A DNA stretch of 64,000 nt from Desulfobacterales bacterium (GCA_963668645.2 CAXXWC010000008.1:64001-128000); one strand, 5' to 3'; positions 1 to 10,547 are shown, counted from the first letter of the stretch. Numbers and translations: made by a program. The notes: generated by a model from the sequence alone, not told the origin.

Positions 1-792
1 GCCCGGCATCTCGGCTGCCGGTCCGTGGTCTATATGCCCGGGGGGACATCGGCGGCCCGTATCGCCAACGTGGAAATGTTCGGGGCACGGGTGACGGTGG
101 TCGACGGGACCTATGACGATGCCGTGGCCCGGGCCACGGCCGACGCCCGGCGAAACGGATGGCTCCTGGTCCAGGATATGGCCTGGGACGGCTATGAAGA
201 GATCCCCGCCTGGATCATGGACGGGTACCGCACCATCGCAGCCGAATGTTTCCAGGTTCTGGGCAGCCGGAAGCCTTCCCACGTAGTGCTCCAGGCCGGA
301 GTGGGGTCCTTTGCCGCCGCCATCCAAACCGATCTGCTGGCCCGTTTCGGGGATGTCCGTCCGACCACCGTGGTGGTGGAGCCGGACCGGGCCGCCTGTT
401 TCTACGAGTCGATGGACGCCGGCGGCGGGCGGGCCAGGAAGGTGGCCGGTGATCTGAAGACGATCATGGCCGGCCTGGCCTGCGGGATGCCGAGCACCCT
501 GGCCTGGGAGATCCTGTCCAAAAGCGCCGATCTTTTCGTCGCCTGCCCGGACCGGGTGGCCTGCCGCGGCATGCGGGTCCTGGGCAATCCCTTGGCCGGC
601 GATCCGGCCGTGGTCTCGGGAGAATCCGGGGCCGTGGGCCTGGGGCTGATCTACGAGGCGATGACCGATCCGGGCCTGGCGGATCTCAAAGCGGCCATGG
701 GGCTCGATGAGGCCAGCCAGGTACTGCTGATCTCCACCGAGGCCGATACCGATCCGGAGATGTACCGGCGCGTGGTGTGGGGCGATGGGTGA
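1..792 (+). CDS. dpaL: Diaminopropionate ammonia-lyase (PLP, fold type II), 5'-truncated by window edge
   Basis: Frame is open from base 1; motifs VQDMAWDGYEEIP, QAGVGSFA, TIMAGLACG and SGESGAVG are typical of DpaL/YgeX. Confidence 0.85.
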   Translation, partial: ARHLGCRSVVYMPGGTSAARIANVEMFGARVTVVDGTYDDAVARATADARRNGWLLVQDMAWDGYEEIPAWIMDGYRTIAAECFQVLGSRKPSHVVLQAGVGSFAAAIQTDLLARFGDVRPTTVVVEPDRAACFYESMDAGGGRARKVAGDLKTIMAGLACGMPSTLAWEILSKSADLFVACPDRVACRGMRVLGNPLAGDPAVVSGESGAVGLGLIYEAMTDPGLADLKAAMGLDEASQVLLISTEADTDPEMYRRVVWGDG

Positions 793-863
793 GAGCGGCG
801 GCCGGCAGAGATGCCGTGCCGGTGGGTACCATTTTACCGCAAATCGATCAGGAGGTAGTTTTC

Positions 864-1235
864 ATGGCAGCGATCCTTTACATCTTGAGTATCCTGTGGC
901 TGGCGCTGGGGGTTTGCATCATCCTGTACACCGCGGATACCCGCGCCGTTTTCAAAACCGTGATGGGCAAAACCGATACGCGCATTCTGGCGGTTTTGCC
1001 GCTGCTGGTCGGCCTGCTTCTGATTGCGGCCGCGTCGGCCAGTTACCAGCCCTGGTTCCTGCGGCTGCTGGGCATTTGCGCCCTGCTCAAGGCGGTCCTT
1101 TTTTTCGCCAACCCGCAAAACCTCGCCACCCGGCTCACCACCTGGTTTCTTGAAACCCTTTCCGAAAACACCTACCGGCTCTGGGGCATCATTGTGGTGA
1201 TCCTGGCCACAGCACTGTTTTCCTGGGTGCGCTAG
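864..1235 (+). CDS. Small membrane protein (DUF2065-like)
   Basis: GGAGG RBS before ATG 864; four hydrophobic segments. Confidence 0.6.
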   Translation: MAAILYILSILWLALGVCIILYTADTRAVFKTVMGKTDTRILAVLPLLVGLLLIAAASASYQPWFLRLLGICALLKAVLFFANPQNLATRLTTWFLETLSENTYRLWGIIVVILATALFSWVR

Positions 1236-1253
1236 CTGCCGGAGGGTCCTGAT

Positions 1254-1721
1254 TTGCTGCACATCTTTGTCGACGCCGATGCATGCCCGGTCAAGCCGGA
1301 AGTCTACCGCGTCGCCGGCCGCTATCGTCTCGATGTGACCCTGGTGGCCAACACCTGGATGCGCGTTCCCCGTAAAGGATCGATCCGGCTCCAGGTCGTC
1401 GACGACAGATTCGATGCGGCCGACGACTGGATCGTGGCCAGGGTGCGGCCGGGCGACATCGTGATCACCGCCGACATCGTGCTGGCCAGCCGCTGTCTCG
1501 ACCGGGGTGCACGGGTCGTCGGGCCGGCCGGAAAGCCGTTTACCGAAGACAACATCGGTTCGGCCGTGGCCACCCGTGAACTGCTGGCGGAGCTGCGAAG
1601 CACCGGCGCGATCGCCGGCGGCTCGCCGCCGCTGACCGGCCGTGACCGGTCGCGGTTTTTACAGCAGCTAGACAGCGAGATTCAATCCATCCGCCGCCAG
1701 TATCCGCCCCCATGCCCCTGA
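1254..1721 (+). CDS. YaiI/YqxD family (DUF188) protein
   Basis: IFVDADACPVK, DAADDWI and ITADIVLA motifs. Confidence 0.9.
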   Translation: MLHIFVDADACPVKPEVYRVAGRYRLDVTLVANTWMRVPRKGSIRLQVVDDRFDAADDWIVARVRPGDIVITADIVLASRCLDRGARVVGPAGKPFTEDNIGSAVATRELLAELRSTGAIAGGSPPLTGRDRSRFLQQLDSEIQSIRRQYPPPCP

Positions 1722-1758
1722 TCCGGCCGATGCCGCCCAACGATAACCGAAAGGCCTT

Positions 1759-3558
1759 ATGGCTCCCGACGTATTGATCAGCACCCAGTTAATAACCAAG
1801 TCCTACGGAACCCATCCCCTGTTCAGCGATGTCTCACTCCAGGTATGCGCCGGAGAGCGGCTCGGGCTGATCGGTCCCAACGGGGCCGGCAAATCGACCA
1901 TGCTGCGGATCCTCGACGGCCTGGGTACCGCCGACAGCGGGGAGATTTCCCGCCGGCGCGGCACCTGCGTCGTCTACCTGCCCCAGGAAGACGTTTTGGA
2001 TCCGGCCAGGACCGTGGAGCAGACCCTGGCAGAGGCCCTTCCTTCGACGCTGGCGGCTTGGGAGGCCGGGCGGCGGCGGCGCGAAATCCTGAGCCTCATC
2101 GAGGTGGACGACAGTGGACGGACGGTGGGGACCCTGTCCGGCGGGTGGCGCAAGCGGTTGGCCATCGGCCAGGCCTTGCTGCGCCAGCCGAATCTGCTGC
2201 TGATGGACGAGCCGACCAACCACCTCGACCTGGAGGGGATCCTATGGCTGGAAAAGCTGCTCAAGGATGCGCCCTTTGCCTTTGTCCTGGTGAGCCACGA
2301 CCGGTTTTTCCTCGAGCAGACCACCAACCGCATCGTCGAACTGGACCGGCGTTATGCCGGCGGCCTGCTCAAGGTCGAGGGCAACTACAGCACCTTCGTC
2401 GAACGGCGCGAGCACTACCTCCTCGATCAGGCCAAACACGCGGCCGTCCTTTCCAACAAGGTGCGCCGCGAGATCGAATGGCTGCGCCAGGGGGCCAAGG
2501 CGCGCAGCACCAAGGCCAAACACCGCATCGACCAAGCCCATCGACTCCAGGAGGACCTGGCGGCGGTCAAGGGCCGCAACGCGGCCGGCCGCAGCGTGGA
2601 GATCGCCTTTGATGCCACCGGGCGCCGGACCAAGGTCCTGCTCAGCGCCGAGAAGTTGGGCATGCACCGCGGCGCCAGATGTCTCTTCGAGAACCTCGAC
2701 CTGAAGCTCACGCCGGGGCTTTGCCTGGGGATCCTGGGGGCCAACGGGACGGGCAAAAGCACCCTGATCCAGGTCCTCAACGGAACCCTGGCGCCGGGCA
2801 GCGGCCGGGTGCACACGGCCGACGGGCTCAAAATCGTTTCCTTCGACCAGAAGCGCGTGCTGGCCGACCCGGGCCGATCCCTGCGTGAGGTGCTTTCGCC
2901 CGAAGGCGACACGGTCGTCTATCGCGGGCGGCCCTTTCACGTGACGGCCTGGGCCAAGCGCTTCGGCTTTCGCCCCGAGCAGCTCGGCATGCCGGCAGCA
3001 GGCCTTTCAGGCGGTGAGAAGGCGTGCGTGCTCATCGCGGACCTGATGCGCCAGCCGGCCGACATCCTGCTGCTCGACGAGCCGACCAACGACCTGGACA
3101 TTGCGACCCTCGAGGTGCTCGAAGAGAGCCTGGAGGAGTTCGCCGGGGCCGTGGTTCTCATCACCCACGACCGTTTTCTCATAGAGCGTCTCTGCGACCG
3201 GCTGCTGTGCCTCGACGGCAAAGGCGGTGCCTTCTGGTTCGCCGACCACCGCCAGTGGCTGGAATCCCTCCGCCTGCCCGGCGGCGGCGCACCGGTAAAG
3301 GACCGGGGGACGGCCTCGATTTCAGAAAAAAAGCCCCAGAAACTCGCCTACGAGGCCCGCAAGGCCATCGAGCGCATCCAGCGCCAGATCGAAAAGGCCG
3401 AGGCCGCCGCGGCCGACCTTGCAAAGCGGCTCCAGGACCCGGCGATCCAGTGTGACGCCCAACGCCTGGCCCGGCTCTATGAAGAGCACCGGCAGGCCGA
3501 AGAGAACGTCGCCGCGCTCTACCGGCACTGGGAGGCATTGGAGGCCGGGGCGGATTAG
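1759..3558 (+). CDS. uup: ABC-F family ATPase, Uup-like
   Basis: Two NBDs (GPNGAGKS, LSGGW, MDEPTNHLD; GANGTGKS, LSGGE, LDEPTNDLD), EIEWLRQGAKARSTK linker, C-terminal coiled coil. Confidence 0.85.
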   Translation: MAPDVLISTQLITKSYGTHPLFSDVSLQVCAGERLGLIGPNGAGKSTMLRILDGLGTADSGEISRRRGTCVVYLPQEDVLDPARTVEQTLAEALPSTLAAWEAGRRRREILSLIEVDDSGRTVGTLSGGWRKRLAIGQALLRQPNLLLMDEPTNHLDLEGILWLEKLLKDAPFAFVLVSHDRFFLEQTTNRIVELDRRYAGGLLKVEGNYSTFVERREHYLLDQAKHAAVLSNKVRREIEWLRQGAKARSTKAKHRIDQAHRLQEDLAAVKGRNAAGRSVEIAFDATGRRTKVLLSAEKLGMHRGARCLFENLDLKLTPGLCLGILGANGTGKSTLIQVLNGTLAPGSGRVHTADGLKIVSFDQKRVLADPGRSLREVLSPEGDTVVYRGRPFHVTAWAKRFGFRPEQLGMPAAGLSGGEKACVLIADLMRQPADILLLDEPTNDLDIATLEVLEESLEEFAGAVVLITHDRFLIERLCDRLLCLDGKGGAFWFADHRQWLESLRLPGGGAPVKDRGTASISEKKPQKLAYEARKAIERIQRQIEKAEAAAADLAKRLQDPAIQCDAQRLARLYEEHRQAEENVAALYRHWEALEAGAD

Positions 3559-3795
3559 AGCCGCCCCGGATTTATTGCACTTGCTCATTTCCAATTGGCT
3601 GGAATCCAACAGATCAGCTGCCAACAGACTTGTTGGAAAATCCTGCCTCAGGAATATCACGGTGGCCGACGGCGTGGTCGCATTTTTCAGAAAGTCCGGG
3701 CCTTGAGCAAGCCTGGTTTCGATTTGTCGCGGATGGTGCTATATTCCTTGCAACGGTCAGTTTCCGTTGCGGATCTTCAACAGGGGAGGTGAGGC

Positions 3796-4254
3796 ATGCT
3801 CAGCGCCAGGAATATCATGAACCGCGAGGTGGTCACCGTGCGGCCGGAAACCGAAATCACCGACGCGGCCCGCATCCTGCTCGAACGCAAGATCAACGGG
3901 GTGCCGGTGGTGGACGAAAAGGGGCGTGTGGTGGGCATCTTGTGCCAGAGCGATCTGATCGTGCAGCAAAAGAAGATGCCCATCCCCTCGCTGTTTACCT
4001 TCCTCGACGGGCTCATCGCCCTGACCTCGATGAAGCAGCTCGAAAAAGAGGTGCGCAAGATCGCCGCTACCGTGGTGGCCGACGCCATGACGCCCGATCC
4101 GGTCACCGTCAAACCGGATACGGGCATCGAGACCGTGGCGGCCCTGATGGTGGACAACAGCTTCCATACCCTGCCGGTGGTCGAGGACGGCCGCCTGGTG
4201 GGCATCATCGGCAAGGCGGACGTGCTGCGCACCCTGACCGGGGAAAACAACTGA
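3796..4254 (+). CDS. CBS-pair domain protein
   Basis: Two CBS repeats (NGVPVVD..VGI; TLPVVEDGRLVGII). Confidence 0.9.
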   Translation: MLSARNIMNREVVTVRPETEITDAARILLERKINGVPVVDEKGRVVGILCQSDLIVQQKKMPIPSLFTFLDGLIALTSMKQLEKEVRKIAATVVADAMTPDPVTVKPDTGIETVAALMVDNSFHTLPVVEDGRLVGIIGKADVLRTLTGENN

Positions 4255-4284
4255 ATCCATCTGCCATCTTCAAGGAGTTATTCG

Positions 4285-5316
4285 ATGCGTCTTGGCATCA
4301 TCGGCCTGCCCCAGTCGGGCAAGGCCACCGTTTTCGAGGCCCTGACCGGTTCTGCCATCGATCCCGGCCAGCGCATGGAGAGCCGCATCGGCACGGTGCC
4401 GGTCCCCGATGAACGCGTGGACCGGCTCAGTGCCATGTACCGGCCGCGCAAGACCACCTACGCCCAGGTGGAGTATTTTCTGCCCGGCCGCCAGGGCGGA
4501 GGGGAAAAGGGGCGCGACCCCAGCGTCTGGGTCCCGGTGCGCGACTGCGACGCCCTGATTCACGTGGTGCGCAACTTCGGCGGCTACGGTTTCGAGGCTC
4601 CCGATCCCAAGCGCGATTTTGCGGCCCTCGATCAGGAGCTGATCCTGGCCGATCTGGTGGTGGCCGAAAAGCGCATCGAGCGCCTGGCCCAGGAAAAACA
4701 GCGCGGCCGCCAAATGGATATCGAGGAGCTCGACCTGCTCAAGACCTGCCTGGGACACCTCGAAAACGAGGTTCCGCTGCGCCGTTTCCCCGAACTGGCC
4801 GGCCACCCCAAACTGCGCGGCTTCGCCTTTGTCTCGGGAAAACCGATGCTGGTCCTGTTCAACAACGAAGACGAGGACGCAACCCTGCCGGCCGTTGGTC
4901 CTGTGTCCGAAATCGAGGCCTGCATGGTGCTGCGGGGCAAGCTCGAACAGGAATTGTCCCAGATGAGCCCCGAGGAGGCCGAAGCCTTTTTGACCGAGTT
5001 CGCCATCCAGGCCTCGGCCACCGATCGGGTCATCGCCGGATCCTACCGTCTGCAGGGATTGATTTCGTTTTTCACCGTGGGCGAAGACGAGGTGCGGGCC
5101 TGGACCATCCGTTGCGGTACCCCGGCCCTGGATGCCGCCGGCGCCATCCATTCGGATCTCAAGCAGGGCTTTATCCGCGCCGAGGTGGTCGCCTACGAGG
5201 ACCTGATCGCCGCCGGCGGCCTGCCCGAAGCGCGCAAGCTCGGCACGTTCCGGCTGGAGGGCAAGACATACGAAGTCAAGGACGGGGATGTGGTGCATAT
5301 CCGTTTCAATATCTGA
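4285..5316 (+). CDS. YchF/Obg-like ATPase paralog (DUF933 C-terminus)
   Basis: GIIGLPQSGKAT P-loop; FFTVGEDEVRAW, AGAIHSD..GFIRAEV and RLEGKTYEVKDGDV motifs. Confidence 0.85.
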   Translation: MRLGIIGLPQSGKATVFEALTGSAIDPGQRMESRIGTVPVPDERVDRLSAMYRPRKTTYAQVEYFLPGRQGGGEKGRDPSVWVPVRDCDALIHVVRNFGGYGFEAPDPKRDFAALDQELILADLVVAEKRIERLAQEKQRGRQMDIEELDLLKTCLGHLENEVPLRRFPELAGHPKLRGFAFVSGKPMLVLFNNEDEDATLPAVGPVSEIEACMVLRGKLEQELSQMSPEEAEAFLTEFAIQASATDRVIAGSYRLQGLISFFTVGEDEVRAWTIRCGTPALDAAGAIHSDLKQGFIRAEVVAYEDLIAAGGLPEARKLGTFRLEGKTYEVKDGDVVHIRFNI

Positions 5317-5394
5317 AAAATCCGTATAGCCGGACTTCTCGGATCCAATACCCCAAGGTGGACTGCGGCAGGCAGCTGCCGGCCCGAATTGCCC

Positions 5395-8304
5395 ATGCAA
5401 CCGATTTCGCGCCGCCTTATTGGCTTTCTCGGGATCCTTGCCGCCGGGCTTTGCCTGATGCTTGTGGCAGCCTGGCTGGCTTTGCCCCGCTGGATCGAAG
5501 GGCGTCTGGTACCGGATCTGGCCGGACGCCTGGGCATCGCGGAGGCTGGAATCGATCTGCGGCACATCGGATTTTCCAGCCTTGAGGCGGCCAATATCCA
5601 CATCGGCCAAACCGTCCGCCTCGGCCATCTGATGGTCGACTATCGCCTCGGGGACCTGATCGACGGCCGCATCGAGCGAGTGGCGCTCTCCGGTGTGACG
5701 CTTTACGCTCTCAGGGATGAGGCCGGAATCCGTCTCAAGGGGGCCGGTCCGCTTTTCTCAGCCTCGCCTGGATCGGCACCGACCGATCTTTCCGCCGTGT
5801 GGATCGGCCGCATTGAGGTCGACCACGGTCTTCTGGTGGTGGAGGATGCTTCCGGTCCGATCAAGATTCCTTTCGCCCTTAGTGCCCGGCCTGAAGGGGA
5901 GGATTTAAGCCGCGTCGAAGTCCGCCTGGAACTCTTCCCCAATCTCGGACCGATTCAGATCATGCTGCGGGCCGACACGCTCAAGGCCGACTTGAAAGCG
6001 ATGCTCGAAACCCGCAATGCCTGCCTCGATCGTTTCAATCCCTTTTTGCCGCAAAGCGCCGGCCTGCGCCTGCGGGGAAGACTTTCGGCCCATGCCGAAG
6101 CCCATCTGAGGTTTTCTCCCTTCGAGATCCTGGCATTGAACGGCGAAGCCGCTTCGGCCGATCTGCGTATCGACGGGCCGGGCTTTGGACTGGAGGCCGG
6201 GGGGGCGTCGGCGCCCCTGCGTCTCGAGTGGACGGCCGCCCAGGGTCAAGATCGGGTTGCATCTTTTTCCGGGGCCTTGAAGCTGGTGCATCCCCTGACG
6301 TCGTCCATCAACGATCTAAAGATGACCGCCGCCCTGGTGACAGCCGCTTCCGGCCGCCAAGAGGTGGAAATCACCGCCGATGGCTCACTTTCCGGCGGCC
6401 TTCCCGGCCAGGGGCGGATCGAGCAGATCAGCCTGAAGGCCACCGGTTACCGGGGCGGGGACGGCCGGCCCCGGGCAAGCGCCACCATCGAGGCTGCCGG
6501 GCGCTTCGATCAGCCCCTGCCCCTTTCTGTCGATCGTCTGGCACTGACGGCCAGCGGCAGTCTGGAACAGATCAAAGTGCGGGGGGATGTGGCGTTTTCC
6601 GCCGCTGACAAAATCCTGGACGGATCCGTCAAGATCGTTCCGGCGAGTTTTAAAGGGACTTTTTCCGGCCGCCTGGAAGACCTGTCGCGCTGGCGCGGCC
6701 GTTTTGAGGCGGCACCGACCCGCGCGGCCCTGGATTTGACAGCCGGCGAGGTCAACGCCGAAATCCAGCATCCTCGAATCAGCGCCGATTTTGCCGGCCA
6801 GGGCAGCGCCGTATCTTTCACCACCCGCATCGAGACCCATGAAGGCCGCCTCGATACGGGAGTCGCACCGGTCGTCTGGCCGCAGCTGCGGATCGATTTG
6901 AACGGGGACCTGGATTTGGCAAACCTGCCCGGCTCAGGGAATGGGCGTTTTTTGATCCAGGTGCCGCAGCCGTCCATGGCCGCCGGCCAGTGGCGGGCCG
7001 GCGGCGATAAGATCGAGGTCCGGGGCCGCCTGCGGCCCGGGCGGCCCCCCTGGCTGGCAGGCGAGCTGCAGTGCGAAAACGCGCATATCGTCTTGCCGGC
7101 CCGGAACTTCACCATGGAACAGGCCGCCCTTTATTTACCGTTTCAGTGGCCGGCGGTGAATCCGGCCGCCGGTCGGCTGAATGCGGAGTCTGTCCGTTGG
7201 CAAGGGTTTCACCCGGGCCGGATCAACGCCACGATCCGGCAAACAGGATCGGCAGTGGCCCTTCACGGCGAGCTGCGAAATCTTATCGTTGAAGGGATGG
7301 GATGGACATTCAACGCCGAAGCGGGCGCATCCCCCGAGGGAGCCAGGGGAAACCTCGACGCGGTACTCGACCCCTGGTCGCCGGCAGCACCTCTCGATCT
7401 CGGATTTCTAGCGCCGTCGCTATCCGGTTTGACGGCTGAAGGCCGGCTGGGCTGCCATGCCGCACTGGCCCTGGAAGCCGGTGGGATCCAGAGCAATGCC
7501 CTGGTTCGGCTGGCCGGCGCCAGCCTGGAGGCCCCGGCGCGCAACATCCATGTCGATGGAATAGATGCCGAGTTACGGCTGGTGGATCTCATCGGGGTGC
7601 GTAGTGCCCCGGGACAGGTGGTGCATGTTGGCCGGGCCGATTTTGGCAATCTCCAGCTGAGCGATGCGCAGCTCCAGTTTCAGGTGGAGGGCCCCAGCCA
7701 GATCTTGTTGGAAAAAGGCGGATTCGGCTGGTGCGGCGGGCGGATCTATGCTGAAGCCATGCGTTTCTCCCCGGCAGATGGGGATTACGATCTGACCCTT
7801 TTTTGCGACCGGCTTTACCTGGTGCAGGTGCTCCACCAACTCGGGGGGCTTGCTGCCGAAGGCGAGGGGACGGTCAACGGCCGCATCCCTTTGAACTACC
7901 GGCAGGGAAAACTGCGCTTCAAGGACGGGTTTCTCTATTCGACGCCAGGCGTGGGAGGCAAGATCCGCCTGGAGGGCATGGAACGGCTCACCGGGGGGAT
8001 CGCGCCGCAGACGCTGGAATACGCCCAGCTCGCCCTTGCCAGCGAAGCGCTCAAAAACTATGATTACACTTGGGCCAAGGTGGGCATCGACAGCCAGGGG
8101 GACCAGTTGGCCCTGCGGCTGCAGTTCGATGGCAAGCCGGCGCAGCCTTTGCCTTTTGTCTATCATCAGGAGCTGGGGCGCTTCATGCGGGTGGAGGCCG
8201 ATTCGCCGGGGTCGCGTTTTCAGGGGATCACCCTGGATGTCAAATTGGGGCTGCCGCTGGATGAAATCATTCAGTACGGCGGTTTGATGAAAATGATCGA
8301 ATAG
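5395..8304 (+). CDS. ydbH: YdbH-family (AsmA-like) intermembrane lipid transport protein
   Basis: About 970 aa with N-terminal TM and beta-rich body, C-terminal GRIPL...ALKNYDY; followed by ynbE- and ydbL-like genes. Confidence 0.75.
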   Translation: MQPISRRLIGFLGILAAGLCLMLVAAWLALPRWIEGRLVPDLAGRLGIAEAGIDLRHIGFSSLEAANIHIGQTVRLGHLMVDYRLGDLIDGRIERVALSGVTLYALRDEAGIRLKGAGPLFSASPGSAPTDLSAVWIGRIEVDHGLLVVEDASGPIKIPFALSARPEGEDLSRVEVRLELFPNLGPIQIMLRADTLKADLKAMLETRNACLDRFNPFLPQSAGLRLRGRLSAHAEAHLRFSPFEILALNGEAASADLRIDGPGFGLEAGGASAPLRLEWTAAQGQDRVASFSGALKLVHPLTSSINDLKMTAALVTAASGRQEVEITADGSLSGGLPGQGRIEQISLKATGYRGGDGRPRASATIEAAGRFDQPLPLSVDRLALTASGSLEQIKVRGDVAFSAADKILDGSVKIVPASFKGTFSGRLEDLSRWRGRFEAAPTRAALDLTAGEVNAEIQHPRISADFAGQGSAVSFTTRIETHEGRLDTGVAPVVWPQLRIDLNGDLDLANLPGSGNGRFLIQVPQPSMAAGQWRAGGDKIEVRGRLRPGRPPWLAGELQCENAHIVLPARNFTMEQAALYLPFQWPAVNPAAGRLNAESVRWQGFHPGRINATIRQTGSAVALHGELRNLIVEGMGWTFNAEAGASPEGARGNLDAVLDPWSPAAPLDLGFLAPSLSGLTAEGRLGCHAALALEAGGIQSNALVRLAGASLEAPARNIHVDGIDAELRLVDLIGVRSAPGQVVHVGRADFGNLQLSDAQLQFQVEGPSQILLEKGGFGWCGGRIYAEAMRFSPADGDYDLTLFCDRLYLVQVLHQLGGLAAEGEGTVNGRIPLNYRQGKLRFKDGFLYSTPGVGGKIRLEGMERLTGGIAPQTLEYAQLALASEALKNYDYTWAKVGIDSQGDQLALRLQFDGKPAQPLPFVYHQELGRFMRVEADSPGSRFQGITLDVKLGLPLDEIIQYGGLMKMIE

Positions 8305-8335
8305 ACCGTCCCGATCCTGCCACAGGAGAAAAGCT

Positions 8336-8560
8336 ATGGGATTCAAATGGACGTTTGCGGTACTGGCGCTCTTGTGGCTGGCAGCCGCCGGTTGTGCCAC
8401 CCAGCACAAGGTGGAGGTGGCTCCGGTGGAGGTCAAGCCGATTCACATCACCATCGATGTGAACATCAAGGTGGACCGGGCGTTGGACGACTTTTTCGGT
8501 GATCTGGACCAGAAAGCGGCGACCATCGAAGCCGGATCTGAAGCGCCTGCGAAACAATGA
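8336..8560 (+). CDS. ynbE: YnbE-like lipoprotein
   Basis: Lipobox AAGC; KPIHITIDVNIKVD motif; position in ydbH operon. Confidence 0.75.
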   Translation: MGFKWTFAVLALLWLAAAGCATQHKVEVAPVEVKPIHITIDVNIKVDRALDDFFGDLDQKAATIEAGSEAPAKQ

Positions 8561-8583
8561 GCCTCAAACTTTAGGGAACCGAT

Positions 8584-8961
8584 ATGAGACCAAAACCGAT
8601 GACATCTTATTGGCGGTTGCTGCTGGCGCTATCTGCCGCGTTGATTCTGGTTTCCGCCCCTGTTGCAGCCCAAGGCATCAAAGCGCGCATTGAGGCACGC
8701 CTGCCGGTTATCCTCGATCTTAAGGCCCGTGGCGTGGTGGGTGAAAATAATCTGGGATTTATTGAATTTGTAGGCCCGGCGGAACGTACCGCAGAGGTGG
8801 CGGCTGAGAACGCCGACCGGCGCCAGGTCTATGCTGCCATCGCAAAGCAGACCGGTACCAGCCAGGAGGTGGTGGGCCGGCGGCGGGCTTTGCAGATTGC
8901 CGAAAATTCAAGGCCCGGCGACCGTCTGCAACGGCCTGACGGCACCTGGTACACCAAGTAA
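8584..8961 (+). CDS. ydbL: YdbL family (DUF1318) periplasmic protein
   Basis: Signal peptide; GVVGENNLG, ENADRRQVYAAIA and GTW motifs. Confidence 0.8.
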   Translation: MRPKPMTSYWRLLLALSAALILVSAPVAAQGIKARIEARLPVILDLKARGVVGENNLGFIEFVGPAERTAEVAAENADRRQVYAAIAKQTGTSQEVVGRRRALQIAENSRPGDRLQRPDGTWYTK

Positions 8962-8988
8962 ATAAGCATGCCGGCAAGGCGAGCATGT

Positions 8989-10020
8989 TCATTCGATCCG
9001 GTTTCCGGGTGGCGCCAGGCGCGTGATCTCTTCCTTGAGCATGCAGCAGGCGATACGGTGTACCGGGCGGCCGGCGTTGTCGTAGACCAGATTCTGCGGC
9101 TGAACGAGCTTGTTCATTACACAGCCTTCGGCAATCTCCAAGGTGAATAGGTTCTCCTCGTTGAGCGGGCCGGTGGGTGTCAGACGATGGCCGCAAATCT
9201 CGTAAGCGTGCAAGGCAAAGTCCTCGCACAGCGGGCACCGGTAAACCCGGCCGTTGGGAAAGACAAAGAAGTTTTCGGCCACCGTCCCGGCACAGGCGAA
9301 GGGTTCGCCCGGTTCGAGAAAAACCTTGGGCCAGGTGACCGTAATCCCCCGTGATGCGGCATGGGCAGCCACCTGCGGCACAACGGACAACCAATCCGCC
9401 TTGGAGACCTGGAGCTTTTCCTCCCGGTTGGCGCGTTCGGCCGATTTGCCGCGGATTCCGATCACCTGGATGAAAAAGCGGTCCACGTGCCACTTTTCCA
9501 ACAGCGGCGGCATGCGCTCCAGGGCATGAAGGTTGTCCTGGCTGACCGTGTAAATCAGACTGACATTGAAGCCGCGGGATTTGGCTTCTTTAAGACCTTG
9601 GGTGCAGCGTACAAAGCATCCCGGGCCGCGGATCGGATCGTTGACCGCCGCATCTGGACCGTCGAGGCTGAAGCTGAAAAAATCGACTTCCAACGGGCTG
9701 ATCCGGTCCAAAATCCCATGGAACAGATACCCGTTGGTATCTACGGTCACCGAGGCGTAGCCCAGATCCCGGGCGCTGCGGATGGCCGCCGGCAGATCCG
9801 GGTGCAGCGTCGGTTCTCCGCCCAGAAAAATCACGTTGGCCGAATCCCGGCGCTGCGCGAAGAGGGCCAGCCAGCGGGAGATGGTGTCGATGGGAAGCGT
9901 CTGCCGGCCGTGTTGGGCCGGGTTGATGTAGCAGTGCCGGCAGCTCAGATTGCACTGGGTCAGGATATGGAAAAAGACATTGACCGCGTTTCGGGAGAAT
10001 TGAACGGTTCGGCGTGTCAC
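8989..10020 (-). CDS. Radical SAM protein of unknown function
   Basis: CNLSCRHC, GGEPTLH and DTNG motifs; Cys-rich C-terminus (CAG..CPLC..C..CC). Confidence 0.85.
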   Translation of the reverse strand: MTRRTVQFSRNAVNVFFHILTQCNLSCRHCYINPAQHGRQTLPIDTISRWLALFAQRRDSANVIFLGGEPTLHPDLPAAIRSARDLGYASVTVDTNGYLFHGILDRISPLEVDFFSFSLDGPDAAVNDPIRGPGCFVRCTQGLKEAKSRGFNVSLIYTVSQDNLHALERMPPLLEKWHVDRFFIQVIGIRGKSAERANREEKLQVSKADWLSVVPQVAAHAASRGITVTWPKVFLEPGEPFACAGTVAENFFVFPNGRVYRCPLCEDFALHAYEICGHRLTPTGPLNEENLFTLEIAEGCVMNKLVQPQNLVYDNAGRPVHRIACCMLKEEITRLAPPGNRIE

Positions 10021-10031
10021 CGCCTTCTCCT

Positions 10032-10547
10032 TTACTCTATGGCAGCGCGTACCTTGACCTTGATGGCATCGATTTCCTTGTAGAGATCGACCAGCCGTTC
10101 GTTGGTCAGGCGCAGGCGCAGTGAAACGTATTCGGTAAATACCCGGTAAAGGAGCAGCAGCAGATTGGTGGCTTCGTCTTCGGTGGGCAACCGATCCCGT
10201 ACGGCGATATTCACCGCCAGGCAGACGGTCTTGCCGATCGAGGTTACCGAAGCCGAGCGCGAGTGACTATCGATGATGCGCATTTCGCCGAACAATTCGC
10301 CTATCTTATCCAGACGGGTGATTTCGACCCCCTCCTTTTCCACTCGAACGGTGCCTTGCAGCAGAAAATAGATCCACGAATCCTTGTCCCCTTCCCGGAT
10401 GATCGTTTCTCCATCCTCATACTGGCGTACCTTGCTGAGCCGCAACAGGCGGGCCAGTTCTTTGGCCTCGAAATTTTTCAAGGCCGGGATAACGAAGAGC
10501 TGCTGGATGTTGCGGATGTTGTCCTGCAAATACTTGGACTCGATCAT
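10032..10547 (-). CDS. Cyclic nucleotide-binding domain protein
   Basis: IIREGD, GELFGEM and RSASV motifs; GGGAGG RBS before ATG 10547; no HTH seen. Confidence 0.85.
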   Translation of the reverse strand: MIESKYLQDNIRNIQQLFVIPALKNFEAKELARLLRLSKVRQYEDGETIIREGDKDSWIYFLLQGTVRVEKEGVEITRLDKIGELFGEMRIIDSHSRSASVTSIGKTVCLAVNIAVRDRLPTEDEATNLLLLLYRVFTEYVSLRLRLTNERLVDLYKEIDAIKVKVRAAIE

